Shown here: positions 9,001 to 15,262 of the stretch, piece by piece
Layout of the letters: each line of letters opens with the position of its first letter
How positions within the stretch are numbered: the stretch's first letter is position 1
IMG/VR virus record: IMGVR_UViG_3300046777_002658
Span: 64,001-128,000 of that record
DNA: 64,000 nt
Reading direction: 5' to 3' (one strand)
Origin: a virus
Notes under the pieces: generated by a model
What the model saw: only the letters and a program-made list of their open reading frames with translations
What the model was told of the DNA's origin: nothing
Databases searched by the model: none
Translations under genes and position numbers: made by a program

Positions 9001-9826
9001 AGAGGGTAAAGCTAAAACAGACCTGAGTAACTGTCCTGTTTTGTTGAGTAGATTTAAGGCTTCTCTCTCATGCCAACCCGCAGATGCTTTGCATATCATC
9101 TACAATAATGATGAAGTTGCCAAGTTTAATAAGTCTAAGCTAGACGAGCTTGTCAAAAAAGGTGCTTTCAAAAGAAAGTTTGAGGCAATTATTGACTCTA
9201 GTAGATGTGGCGAGAGTGAATTGCTATCTTACGTTGCTCCTACTCCTAGAACTTTAGAGTTAGTAGTGGGTGCTCCTGTCAGAGTAACCCAAAACATCCC
9301 TAAGAACGATGGCACAGACAATCTGTTAGTAGCTAATGGCGAGCGCGGAGTTGTGGCAAGCATGACCAAAGACAAAGTGACCGTCAAGTTCAAGGATGGT
9401 CGCTTTGAGGAGCTAGAAGCTGTAGAATCCAGAAAAATTCCGGTAGACGAAAATGGTGCACCAATAGGATCTTTCAGACAGCTTCCCTTATGCTTGTGTT
9501 GGGCTACTACTTTTCATGGTAGCCAAGGTCAAACCTACCCTAAAGGTGAACCTGTCATAGTGCATATGTACTCTCGTAAGGGAGGTAAGCATGATGGAGA
9601 GCTTCAAAGAGTATGGTCTAACAACGCGTTCTACGTTGCTTGTAGCCGCGTAACCCGCTCTAAAGACTTATTCTTTTACACCGGGTTGGGTGTTGATGAA
9701 AAAGCTGAAGGAGTGACTGATGAGGAGTTCACCAAGCAAAGGATGAACACTTACTTCAATCACTTCAAGCAAAGCTACAGATTCAATGAGAAGGCTATTG
9801 CTTGGTTAAACAAGCAGTCCTGCTAG
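2..9826 (+). CDS. Giant multidomain protein (>3270 aa, 5'-truncated): RNase H-like, AlkB, two-barrel RNA polymerase, SLOG, Pif1-like helicase
   Basis: The track starts at TTG 89, but the frame has no stop back to base 2 (VWFSYDTSISLEVTELLAEFGFASKYDCF), so the true start is probably outside the window; ATG 137 is an alternative. Domain motifs are listed separately. Confidence 0.9.
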   Translation, partial: VWFSYDTSISLEVTELLAEFGFASKYDCFLLKPALREPVNKDVKSMYITVHTKTKAGVASGSFTVGDTTIPVEVDQKATEPANRLLCVKQAIAYAINAGAKAVSVEVSHANYDLNKLAAWKAAGFKGKSNVELLKDIESLTHYLSVTWVNPKNKAKEVANTVVRETVAQVTKVQASVTTSHKVIGGEAYAEEGLLYYPKILFKETRDLLLEDLQAVLDSGAVEKTSFGPYQYTCLGDYYWTWENKKGVYSTTQPNGSPVAAVPKRLREIVEVWLNGELKVWEGQYVVESCLVNFYEGKQKLNCHQDISEEIDAPIVSFSFGATGRFLIREGARTGRISHEFTLSDSDLLVMYGKHRYCWHEYAGNIESGTRINLTFRMVKKPVVTQPEVRTVEQRTVKTERLVDTTAVKQNQQPAARTVQDRVRVNPDFKPQPRAKTLPEPGLLPQSEVGRISGTPQGCSHIFDFKNNESKKGLDEVIVAAFAVRLDPVKGQPVECNINTPSYAYNDEFTHYGYEDTLTTKKGENMNVISLGAAATKALPAHLTPIILSVCNHCLNGVREEFIPTALSSVNRVNKKANLQIILGQPGGESCLTKEKAIQAPESSSRQKMGAAILEGESKEIPSVIFHDDGQGHTPTFVKLEFSGDGLETILADGKRHIFIVVAWYDKSKQTYFEKGGKQYRIYPHTASVFHVDDLEAVFGGQKVFKFDERALLGLSAEPVVEAKAVKPEVKALNRPLIKPEPTKATSEEVTEVQQSVDKANLAKELADLHKATRLKGLPLTKGLTEEDLESIFVCMSPDGQIAHRTLSYIKSRTDGKPVQLFDWTKADVLKVAKVFVDLLSPTKATADQQVFRYRNTEEGLLLSFDAGTIEFLIGNDGRAYNAADGRAFEQGMELIGYNALDMSWWDSPEYAKAKAALAAAGKKEPEKDVSYFQIVNGEVQTREEYKPEITDVCFSSSIGKFMQAFCAYLLMFAQSKNNTRGGLGDNFKILLNKCESVISMTEGDILGQNGGFLYSVQNSPKLYVHREQCDIFALEEDKLKDLANSVATVVKGYDKKPPEEMLKVSSTDTQSLAMKEAFKKYPALGFHFAKGTFINGLTHLRLATLQKYAPNLFNKTLQLTGLSVEAAVESVVSLTLKASKGAKRATLALARAVEVLGEVKAGWAFYGQEKVLTGWLVQECMAPTFVMAPGMSFFLGNEEEKPVALVKKTQTQNYPKFLASNLAEAVSMTGVTEYQRCLADHRPTQTYDEVSATYRITFDKEVKLIKGTEIAFVKKEEGQGADAVIIFNDNERATLNEITWRVHKDLVGESVLVVNYSYTLHHRNPKLRGVIKTMMASCSKELLYNFFNEPKLTALGLKDIKLVCPQDTIKSDMLYSWLMVIGNTIRHNDPTNPHIAKLISLRDQLNEEMMGGADYDPDTIVINPAAVVAGLYSDLIAYFVKHFGHSLWMHVQQPEDQGEIMNRLYVDRVAQKAGWVEVPKIAWGEYEEALATARRMEGYTVKLYAESVDYLKNDKQNALLFTLDADGVVVEYFHRSFCFVGAEGAPVYGVELFESSTVAEAISDSRHMPPSVRSLSRMEGVAFDDAWALLNAGKEKMFMSLVIAGMSSCDKFNCSKTITILERGAEKDKNLILSPEDKDYFNSILVENKISLDFHEEEQFKAVAYAFRDIVFVAKGKTYWLPALFAINSLKSENSTNNLAQQFFRDILVECLAGRTVPAIEGSRAAGILDSLCDSASTKKLITAADNMAAKRIALAHIPAGEIHILKSTHPASNYQNLLRHKFDLKSVEAGKSTIFVHNSRAPLTDGCLLKLVIVTEEQNSKNFWKLDSDSFALGSMGNGMDFGDFDGDGHYFVQLVGTDYTVSTFDSIADFITDAVGYNIFNTYANPENKKGEPNEAYLADHYNIKKWSKVDETLCNMGVKKATKSSATYLMYNQNAREMQAKATGIAYSVYMWSEHLVDILLAYKKLGGVLPFGFEAAADGSLVAPISQVYEVILGGFSDPAWAVYTKYFLKMKEGERTVFDHNLAEFNKDLMAMGITGQKQAGFSALMFASYHLFFLEKWGEFNDYEVDMVTKNPLPLELKGMLACALVSFELMRGKFQGFVGALEVEKGGKVTGHKTAMNFARTFLLNNPGMVSESLVCKQLAQTIEVCNHLLEGKPRPERTLATPGVIQERTVAVPTSNLSDEALQYFLTKVGASAVVKETNDSDDEGGSKVSAEPNTPDNGDGGAAVEAIDYAAYLETEEVAAPTIEELVSVSSAVVEEYYSESELEEPEFAATPAVLTTSEPSSSQYEFDADGFLVNWLDHALATINWQEETLVIDYTGSKPCYLLKGEGLKLHSLVSKGWGGAYYFEGLGEDKKAPVIFMDQSVERTVKADQEFNELVSSWAEWAGETIEAPEEFSKVLMVRGEVIIIEDEDEEEPVQSEVIENGTKQKMATLMQVVEQLPESALDKLLAEGERLLAELTKTKEPVREALKTIEPTVTCTSCLTVAEPVTDEAPSIDIPSEGTQKQSIVSFTSRTKRADKPEVTNSSSREILQAESVVENVEVVKAHPLDGLAPLRSSTAKHMIKDIAMAAVATQFIGTSAVSKPSSTELYRQAWADWKSGCANTGVYTAADVVMVSGNGLGRATEAQIVETFAKSYIPYLLLVINAKATVVVGDCPGMDCCVRDYLVGHGYQNTWVAAKIGGYNRLTPPTQRERKLERAVVKQSVEAVKIQPEGDWVEALVSKLEPWTGNQIKKALATLSSEQLEAARIIIQHALSNTTAKVAELDPKDVVGGHILTGKAGTGKTYATLVIIIVLDLLGFRVVACGTTGLASQNLKNSSGTINRVLSLGTGFEERKDTEGNLLPRTEADISQIILKMSKDGKVAKRLSEQSNNKNYIGVVLLVDEAFMLGGDLGIAAAEGLKTIVGLEAQNGKVRQRPIQLLMVGDPKQLEPVKDRMIFEEGEFLEYSDSTEVQKYHAFTDRLNLKVIKLEKNERQSGDTAFGLELDLLGEGKAKTDLSNCPVLLSRFKASLSCQPADALHIIYNNDEVAKFNKSKLDELVKKGAFKRKFEAIIDSSRCGESELLSYVAPTPRTLELVVGAPVRVTQNIPKNDGTDNLLVANGERGVVASMTKDKVTVKFKDGRFEELEAVESRKIPVDENGAPIGSFRQLPLCLCWATTFHGSQGQTYPKGEPVIVHMYSRKGGKHDGELQRVWSNNAFYVACSRVTRSKDLFFYTGLGVDEKAEGVTDEEFTKQRMNTYFNHFKQSYRFNEKAIAWLNKQSC
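137..480 (+). other. Degenerate RNase H-fold domain of the giant protein
   Basis: AWKAAGFKGKSNVELLKDIESLTHYLSVTWV resembles the RNase HI segment WKxxGWK...KNxDLWxxL...xWxWV; the catalytic YTDG is replaced by VHTK. Confidence 0.55.
560..1135 (+). other. AlkB-family 2OG-Fe(II) dioxygenase domain
   Basis: CLVNFY, HQD at 911-919, IVSFSFG, distal His at 1079 and RINLTFR at 1112-1132 form the complete HxD...H...RxxxxxR set. Confidence 0.92.
3500..5580 (+). other. Single-chain double-psi-beta-barrel (two-barrel) RNA polymerase core
   Basis: GDFDGD with DFDGD at 5537-5551, preceded 44 aa earlier by SRAP (5402-5413; cf. beta' NRAP). Upstream PKLRGVIKT (K at 3980 and 3998) then IKLVCPQD is a candidate beta-like lysine-pair region. 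Confidence 0.8.
7715..8090 (+). other. SLOG (SMF/DprA/YpsA-like) domain
   Basis: KDIAMAAVATQFIG...SST..Y...ANTGVYTAADVVMVSGNG...VVVGDCPGMDCCVRDYL pattern. Confidence 0.6.
8200..9680 (+). other. Pif1/RecD-like superfamily 1B helicase domain
   Basis: Walker A GKAGTGKT (8363-8386), TTGLA, Walker B LLVDEAFM (DE at 8681), VGDPKQLEPV, NERQ, NGERG, ATTFHGSQGQT, YVACSR. Confidence 0.93.
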
Positions 9827-9832
9827 TAAACT

Positions 9833-9852
9833 GAGGGGTTCCTCAACCCCTC
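9833..9852 (+). terminator. Hairpin after the giant gene
   Basis: GAGGGGTT-CCTC-AACCCCTC just after the stop; U-tract is weak. Confidence 0.55.
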
Positions 9853-9875
9853 CTGTCCAGCTTTATTAAACACCA

Positions 9876-9905
9876 TTGACAGAAAGTCCCAATGTCCTGT
9901 ACCCT
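9876..9905 (+). promoter_or_regulatory. Possible host sigma-70 promoter
   Basis: TTGACA (9876-9881), 18-nt spacer, TACCCT. Confidence 0.35.
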
Positions 9906-9945
9906 TAATATAGAAAAAAAGAATAAAGAGTGTAAACACCACTTT

Positions 9946-10001
9946 GAGAAGCTAGTTTGATATCTTTCACCCCTCAGATATCTGGTGATAACTAGCTTCT
10001 C
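9946..10001 (+). terminator. Long hairpin between two motif copies
   Basis: GAGAAGCTAGTT...AACTAGCTTCTC (12 bp) with an inner GATATCT/AGATATC stem. Confidence 0.6.
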
Positions 10002-10054
10002 TTTCTTTAGAAAAAAAGAAGAGTGTTTGCAATATTCTTTAAAGGTTTCAAATC

Positions 10055-10684
10055 ATGTCTTTATTACAATTGTCTCTAGAAGCTGGTGTTCCAAAATTCT
10101 GTGTTGACCAAATTGCTCAAGGTGATGGTCGCATTACTTTTGAGGCATCTGATTTGGAAATGTTGACCTTTAAGGTCTGGAACGTCTATGAGGACACACC
10201 AGGTCAATTCCAGATGATGGTGACCTTCCAAGGTCATTGTCTTGGTGAGTATGAGTTGCAAAGTCTACCTGAAGACCTTCACACCTTAGAGCAGCAGCCT
10301 GGGTATTTTAAACTATCTGGGTATATCCTGGAAGTTGCGGAAGACGTGCCTGCTGAGGTAGCTGCAGCAATGTCTGCTTTTGCTCAATGGAGCAAAGAAA
10401 ACAAGGGTGTCAAAAACCCTGCTAATCGTCCTCACTTATTTTATAAAGTGGCTAGTGCAGAAGCGTTAATTCAGTTAGTTGTGTGTTCTAGCTATAACAA
10501 GTCTACCAAAGTTAACGAGCTCAGCTTTAACGGCTGGGCTTACCAAGGCCTGGAATGGGCTGGAAACGGAATAGGTAGCATCAAAGCTACCAAGACTGGT
10601 ATAAGTGGTTATACCAGAAAGGTGCTGCCTCCAGCACCTGTAGCTCCCCCAGCTCCCCCAGCTCTTACTCTTAAGTCACGATAG
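10055..10684 (+). CDS. Hypothetical protein (209 aa, Pro-rich C-terminus)
   Basis: ORF after motif copy 10010 with an AAGG RBS. Confidence 0.85.
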   Translation: MSLLQLSLEAGVPKFCVDQIAQGDGRITFEASDLEMLTFKVWNVYEDTPGQFQMMVTFQGHCLGEYELQSLPEDLHTLEQQPGYFKLSGYILEVAEDVPAEVAAAMSAFAQWSKENKGVKNPANRPHLFYKVASAEALIQLVVCSSYNKSTKVNELSFNGWAYQGLEWAGNGIGSIKATKTGISGYTRKVLPPAPVAPPAPPALTLKSR

Positions 10685-10880
10685 GGGGTAATAAACCAAT
10701 TGATCTACTAAAGACCAATTGGTTTATTATTATTTTGTTGTACACAGCCCGGCGGGGACTACAGAGCCTCCAGCGATCGCTCTTTGGACAGGTGACAGAG
10801 AGAAAGGGGTGTACATCTAAATCTTCCTTTCTTAGAAAAAAAGAAGAGGGAATGGAATTATTAGTATTAAAGGAACAATC

Positions 10881-11294
10881 ATGACTAACGTATACTTCTT
10901 CTCCCGCCACGAAGCTCAAGAAGCAATGGTATCTGACTTGGGTGGAACTATCACTCAACAGTTCCGAGGCACAATCTCTAATGTTAAGCGTGTTGGTGAC
11001 GGCATTGAGTTCCAAGAGATTCCATTAGGTGAAACAGCTCCTGTGGTACACACAATTCCTGCCGATTCTATAGTCGTTGCTGTAGCTCCTCTGCCTTTAC
11101 AAGAGGCTTGGCTGAGAGCTGGTGTTTCTGTGTTCCTTGCGCCACAGAACAAGCGCGAGACCACAGAGTCTGGTGAAGTAGTTTTTAACTACGCAGGGCT
11201 GTTACAAGTCCTGAAGATTGAAGTAGTAACCCAACAGTGGGTTGGTACTGCTGTTAGTCTAGAGGACAAGCACGCCGAGCGTAGTGCTTTATAA
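10881..11294 (+). CDS. Hypothetical protein, possibly Csx16/Csx20-like (Crn1-type ring nuclease fold)
   Basis: N-terminal VYFFSRH, central DSIVVAVAPLPL and C-terminal KRETTESGEVVF; AAGGA RBS. Family call is from memory only. Confidence 0.45.
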   Translation: MTNVYFFSRHEAQEAMVSDLGGTITQQFRGTISNVKRVGDGIEFQEIPLGETAPVVHTIPADSIVVAVAPLPLQEAWLRAGVSVFLAPQNKRETTESGEVVFNYAGLLQVLKIEVVTQQWVGTAVSLEDKHAERSAL

Positions 11295-11375
11295 AGAATG
11301 TTGGGAGCGATCGCGCTCTCACTTTCTTTTAAAGAAAAAAAGAATAGTGAGTGGAACTTATTTTTTTAAAAGTAT

Positions 11376-11585
11376 ATGTGGTCAACAACTATATCCAACC
11401 CACCTCTACCAGGATGGGTGCTACCAGATGGTAGCAAAATACTTGAAGTATTTGATGGAGATGTAAACGCCCTCCACCAGGTGTACATGGGTATAGCAAA
11501 GGTTGAATCCCCAACGGGGGAAGTAAGAATTGTGAGGGCTGACTGGTGGGTATCACCGGATGGCTCTCTGTTTATTGAGCTTTGA
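11376..11585 (+). CDS. Hypothetical protein (69 aa)
   Basis: ORF between motif 11334 and hairpin 11590. Confidence 0.75.
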   Translation: MWSTTISNPPLPGWVLPDGSKILEVFDGDVNALHQVYMGIAKVESPTGEVRIVRADWWVSPDGSLFIEL

Positions 11586-11589
11586 ATTT

Positions 11590-11626
11590 AGTTAACTCAT
11601 TAGAGTATTAACCTAATGAGTTAACT
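11590..11626 (+). terminator. 14-bp hairpin with T-run
   Basis: AGTTAACTCATTAG/CTAATGAGTTAACT followed by C and a T run. Confidence 0.7.
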
Positions 11627-11684
11627 CTTTTTTTTGATATAAAAAAGAATAGTGAATGAAATTATTAGTATTAAAGGAACAATC

Positions 11685-11861
11685 ATGACAGAGCAAGAAA
11701 TTTTACAATTGGCTTCTCTTTTAGAAAGAGCCAAACAAGCATTAACCTCTCCCTCAGGCTGTTTGCCTGAGTTCATTTATGTAGAGAAAGGTAAGGGGGA
11801 AATAAAGGGTTACACACCCTATATTGCAAATGGGGGGGCAAACTTTCTTTTCCCTCTCTGA
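11685..11861 (+). CDS. Hypothetical protein (58 aa; track start 11652)
   Basis: ATG 11685 follows TTAGTATTAAAGGAACAATC, the same leader as before 10881. Confidence 0.7.
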   Translation: MTEQEILQLASLLERAKQALTSPSGCLPEFIYVEKGKGEIKGYTPYIANGGANFLFPL

Positions 11862-11899
11862 GGAGGGAGAGGTAATTAAAGTAGAATCCGCAATCTACT

Positions 11900-11956
11900 A
11901 ATATTAATGGTTAAAGAAGAAGAAAAGAATTAACTCCTTCTTTAACCATTAATATT
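11900..11956 (+). terminator. 20-bp hairpin with T-run
   Basis: AATATTAATGGTTAAAGAAG/CTTCTTTAACCATTAATATT then a T run. Confidence 0.7.
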
Positions 11957-11991
11957 TTTTTTGTAAAAAAAAGAATAGTGGGTGCAATATT

Positions 11992-12192
11992 ATGGAGTTT
12001 TCTATGACTCGCGAAGAAGCTTTAAACACTAACTTAGTGCAAACCGGCGACTACTTCGTCTACAAAGTGGTCCAGGTTAAAGAAACAACAGTAGTTGTAA
12101 CTCCCTACAAGGGGGAGCAGTGGGGTGAGCAGTGGGGTGAGCACAATGAGTACAGGCTAGACAGCCTGTACCCCTACGATGGGGCTTTATAG
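11992..12192 (+). CDS. Hypothetical protein (66 aa)
   Basis: ORF after motif 11965; internal GEQWGEQWGEH duplication. Confidence 0.7.
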   Translation: MEFSMTREEALNTNLVQTGDYFVYKVVQVKETTVVVTPYKGEQWGEQWGEHNEYRLDSLYPYDGAL

Positions 12193-12264
12193 TAACTGGG
12201 GGAAGCAATCCCCTTTTAAGAAAAAAAAGATAAATGAATGAAGTTTGTAACTCTAGGAGTTATC

Positions 12265-12336
12265 ATGACCGCATTTATTTATATTCTCTTAGTTTACTTT
12301 TATCTGTGGGCTATGGATGCCCACACTCGAGATTAA
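12265..12336 (+). CDS. Small hydrophobic peptide (23 aa), not in the track
   Basis: AGGAG RBS then MTAFIYILLVYFYLWAMDAHTRD*, after motif 12220. Confidence 0.4.
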   Translation: MTAFIYILLVYFYLWAMDAHTRD

Positions 12337-12559
12337 AGGGAAAAAGAAAGTAATGAGAAAAGTAAGTAATTTAGAGTTTAACCTAGCAACCAGCGGACAC
12401 GCCTGGCTGCTGGAATTAGAAGTAAACAACCAGGTAGTAGCCTCCCAGCTACTACTACTTGAGGAGCCGCCGCTCCTCAAACAGCAGAGGGAGTTTCGTG
12501 CGGAACACCCCCTTCAACATGGGGGTGTTGTGAAGTTTCATCCTGTAGTAAGGGAGTAA
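12317..12559 (+). CDS. Hypothetical protein
   Basis: ORF followed by an 11-bp hairpin at 12564-12594. Confidence 0.65.
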   Translation: MPTLEIKGKKKVMRKVSNLEFNLATSGHAWLLELEVNNQVVASQLLLLEEPPLLKQQREFRAEHPLQHGGVVKFHPVVRE

Positions 12560-12653
12560 CTTTGATTGCCTATCTAATCTCTGGATAGGCAATCGCGCTC
12601 TCTTTCAAAGAAAAAAAAGAATAGTGGATGGAATTGTCACACCAAAACTTACA

Positions 12654-12977
12654 ATGAGAAAAACATCAGAAGAGTTGAAAGAAATAAGAAAACAGAAGAG
12701 AATAGCAGCCTGTCAAGCTGCTATAGAAAAATATAACAGGTTGGACAAACCTGTTTATGCTTACACCACAAGTTGTGGTGACCCGTGGGTTCCAGAAAAG
12801 GAAGTTGCCCTTCCCCTATATTGGGAGGAGGAACACAAGGAACTAAAGTTTTACACAGATTTTCTGTGGGGGATACTCAATGCTATTAACTATGAAATCC
12901 CTGACTGTGATTCTTCAACAGTAGTATTTAGGGAAAGAGGGGAGGGGGGAAAGATTGAAGAAATTATAACGGAGTGA
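12654..12977 (+). CDS. Hypothetical protein (track start 12624)
   Basis: ORF after motif 12610. Confidence 0.75.
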   Translation: MRKTSEELKEIRKQKRIAACQAAIEKYNRLDKPVYAYTTSCGDPWVPEKEVALPLYWEEEHKELKFYTDFLWGILNAINYEIPDCDSSTVVFRERGEGGKIEEIITE

Positions 12978-13058
12978 AGGAGGGGCTGGCGCGGGCTGGC
13001 TCTTTTTCTTCAAAAAAAGATAAGTGAATGAAATAATATTTTCTAAGGAGAAGCAATC

Positions 13059-13592
13059 ATGGCTATTTTAAACTTTAGAGGTCACACACAAGAAGTAGAG
13101 ACTCTTAACAACCAAGAGTTCACTGCTCCCGTTGTTAGAGTAGTAAACTCCAACAGTTACTGGTATAGAGCTTACTTAGAAGATGGCAGTATAGTTCAGT
13201 TCATACTTCCCCAAGTAGAAGACAGTTTTAAGTTTATAAACTGTCTTTTAAAATATAAAGGACATGAACTTCATGTCCTTCTCAAAGAGGAAGAGTTTCC
13301 TGACTCTTCGATAGTCTCCATCTCCTTTACTAAAAGATACTGCAAAGCAGTATATAAAAATGGAGAGGCAGTGGAGTTTAGGTTTTTCAAGTACGAAGAT
13401 TCTATCCCGTTTAGGGATAACTTTCCGCTTGAAAAATACAAAGCAGCCCTAGCTGCAAAAACAATGGTTGAGCAGGCTATCTTTGAATACCAAAAGGAGA
13501 TGGAAAAACTAGGAGCCGTGAACTGCTATGACTCGACAGAGTCGTGGTTAGAGATAGAAGATATTCCAGACTATGAGTGGAATCTCTTTTAA
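13059..13592 (+). CDS. Hypothetical protein (177 aa)
   Basis: AAGGAG RBS; motif 13012 upstream; hairpin 13619-13652 downstream. Confidence 0.85.
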   Translation: MAILNFRGHTQEVETLNNQEFTAPVVRVVNSNSYWYRAYLEDGSIVQFILPQVEDSFKFINCLLKYKGHELHVLLKEEEFPDSSIVSISFTKRYCKAVYKNGEAVEFRFFKYEDSIPFRDNFPLEKYKAALAAKTMVEQAIFEYQKEMEKLGAVNCYDSTESWLEIEDIPDYEWNLF

Positions 13593-13702
13593 TCTGCGGA
13601 GTGCTGCAAGAACACCTTTTCTACCTATCTTCCATCACCAAGATAGGTAGAAGGCTTCCAGCCCTTTAAAGAAAAAAGATAAGTGAATGATAAGAAGAAG
13701 CA

Positions 13703-13963
13703 ATGATGTATAAACCTACAGCTTTTGAGAATGTAACTTATACATATACAGGTTATGACCTTGATGGTCAGCCTGTATATCAAAACGAACAGGGGGAGAG
13801 AACAACCCCCGAAGCTTTAATAGAGCAAGGGGCAACTGTGCCTCTTGGCAACACTGTTGTTCTAAAAGAACAACATGATGTCTGTGTCTACTGCGGCACA
13901 GACAACGGGCTCCACGGGGTTAGGAGGAGAGGCTACGAATGCTGCTCCTGCGGCAGTGCTTAA
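13703..13963 (+). CDS. Small protein with C-terminal zinc-ribbon-like cysteines
   Basis: CVYCG...CCSCG. Confidence 0.7.
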   Translation: MMYKPTAFENVTYTYTGYDLDGQPVYQNEQGERTTPEALIEQGATVPLGNTVVLKEQHDVCVYCGTDNGLHGVRRRGYECCSCGSA

Positions 13964-14005
13964 CCTCCCCTCCCTCTAACTCAACGTAAGGTAAAGGAAG
14001 AAATA

Positions 14006-14257
14006 ATGAACACTATCCGCGTGAAAGAAGAAAATTTATCATCTATTGTTCAAGGTTTACAAGAAGCTGGCTTTTCAGCCAAGGCTTCTAAATGCACCCC
14101 TCTGAGTCAGTGGGAGCATGATCAAAACTCTGATTATGACTTCGAGCATTGGACGTTCAATTCCCTCATTGGTATGAGGGGTATTGAAACCAATGCAAGT
14201 GGGAAGCAAGCCCACAAAGTCATTAAAGCCCTCAAAAAGGAGGGCAAAGCAAAATAA
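14006..14257 (+). CDS. Hypothetical protein (83 aa)
   Basis: AAGGA RBS; 16-bp hairpin at 14272-14313 downstream. Confidence 0.8.
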   Translation: MNTIRVKEENLSSIVQGLQEAGFSAKASKCTPLSQWEHDQNSDYDFEHWTFNSLIGMRGIETNASGKQAHKVIKALKKEGKAK

Positions 14258-14368
14258 TAAACATTGATTAGGGTTTAGGTAGTAGTTAGACCTCTTTAAC
14301 TACTACCTAAACCTTATTCTTTAGAAAAAAAAAGAATAGTGAGTGGAACTTATTAGTAAATTACAGCC

Positions 14369-15196
14369 ATGTCCATCAAGATAAAATTTCCCCAATTCTC
14401 ACACCACTCAGATGGCACTGTTTGGGTGCACCTTGATGGTGTGTATTGGCTAGACAAAAGTAACGAAAGATGGTTTGTATCGGGGGTTCACCCCCAAGGT
14501 ACCAACAGCCTTAGTTCTTGCAAAGGAGAGGTTGCCTCTCCGTTTTTCTTCAACCAGGAAACTGAAGAAGCTTTCCCTCTTTTCTTAGCTGCTATTGCGG
14601 CTAAGAAAGCAGAATTAAAAGCTTTCTCCCTCCAGACAGAGGGGATGGATAAGTTAGAAGCCATTAAGTTGGCAAGGGAACAGTTTGACATGAGTCTCAA
14701 AGAAGCCAAGGAATTGGTAGAAGGGTGCCCCAGAACTCGCTACTCTGTCACACCTCTCCCCGTAGAAGTTTTTCGGGTTGAGGAAAGCAACCACCCTACC
14801 GCAGAGGAGGATCAACTCTGCAGCGTGAAGGGTCTCTGGAGTGGGAAGATGACCCTTCCAGCTTCTCTACTGGCACAAGTAGAGGAACTGATTGATTGGC
14901 AAGAGCCGTTGCTTTCTGCAGACTTCGAGCCCTCCTTAGTCCAACTGTTGGACACAGGAGAATGCGTTGGAGAGACTGAAAAACTACTCCTGCGCTTCAA
15001 AGTTGATACAGAGGAGGAAACCACAAGCCTCTGTAGTTGGAAAATACGTGAAGAAGGAAAAGATTTGGCTCCTGACTTTTCCTGCCTGCGGGTAACCACG
15101 CTCGATGCAGCACCAGCCTTGTACTCTATGTACTTGGCAGGGAAAGCAGATGAAGCTGAACGTTGGAAACAGCGTTTAGCCCTATTAATCAAATAG
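14369..15196 (+). CDS. Hypothetical protein with a ribosomal L7/L12 C-terminal-like segment
   Basis: DKLEAIKLAREQFDMSLKEAKELVEG (about 14648-14725) resembles the L7/L12 CTD KIAVIKAVR...GLKEAKDLVE. Confidence 0.6.
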   Translation: MSIKIKFPQFSHHSDGTVWVHLDGVYWLDKSNERWFVSGVHPQGTNSLSSCKGEVASPFFFNQETEEAFPLFLAAIAAKKAELKAFSLQTEGMDKLEAIKLAREQFDMSLKEAKELVEGCPRTRYSVTPLPVEVFRVEESNHPTAEEDQLCSVKGLWSGKMTLPASLLAQVEELIDWQEPLLSADFEPSLVQLLDTGECVGETEKLLLRFKVDTEEETTSLCSWKIREEGKDLAPDFSCLRVTTLDAAPALYSMYLAGKADEAERWKQRLALLIK

Positions 15197-15262
15197 ATAT
15201 TAAGGGGAGGGGGGGGCTATCCCCCTTTTTCTTATAAAAAAGATAAGTCAGGGAGAAAGTCA

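Noticed and set aside
13-9099. Short minus-strand and nested ORFs inside the giant gene
   Set aside because: Ser/Leu-rich shadow ORFs of a strongly coding + frame.
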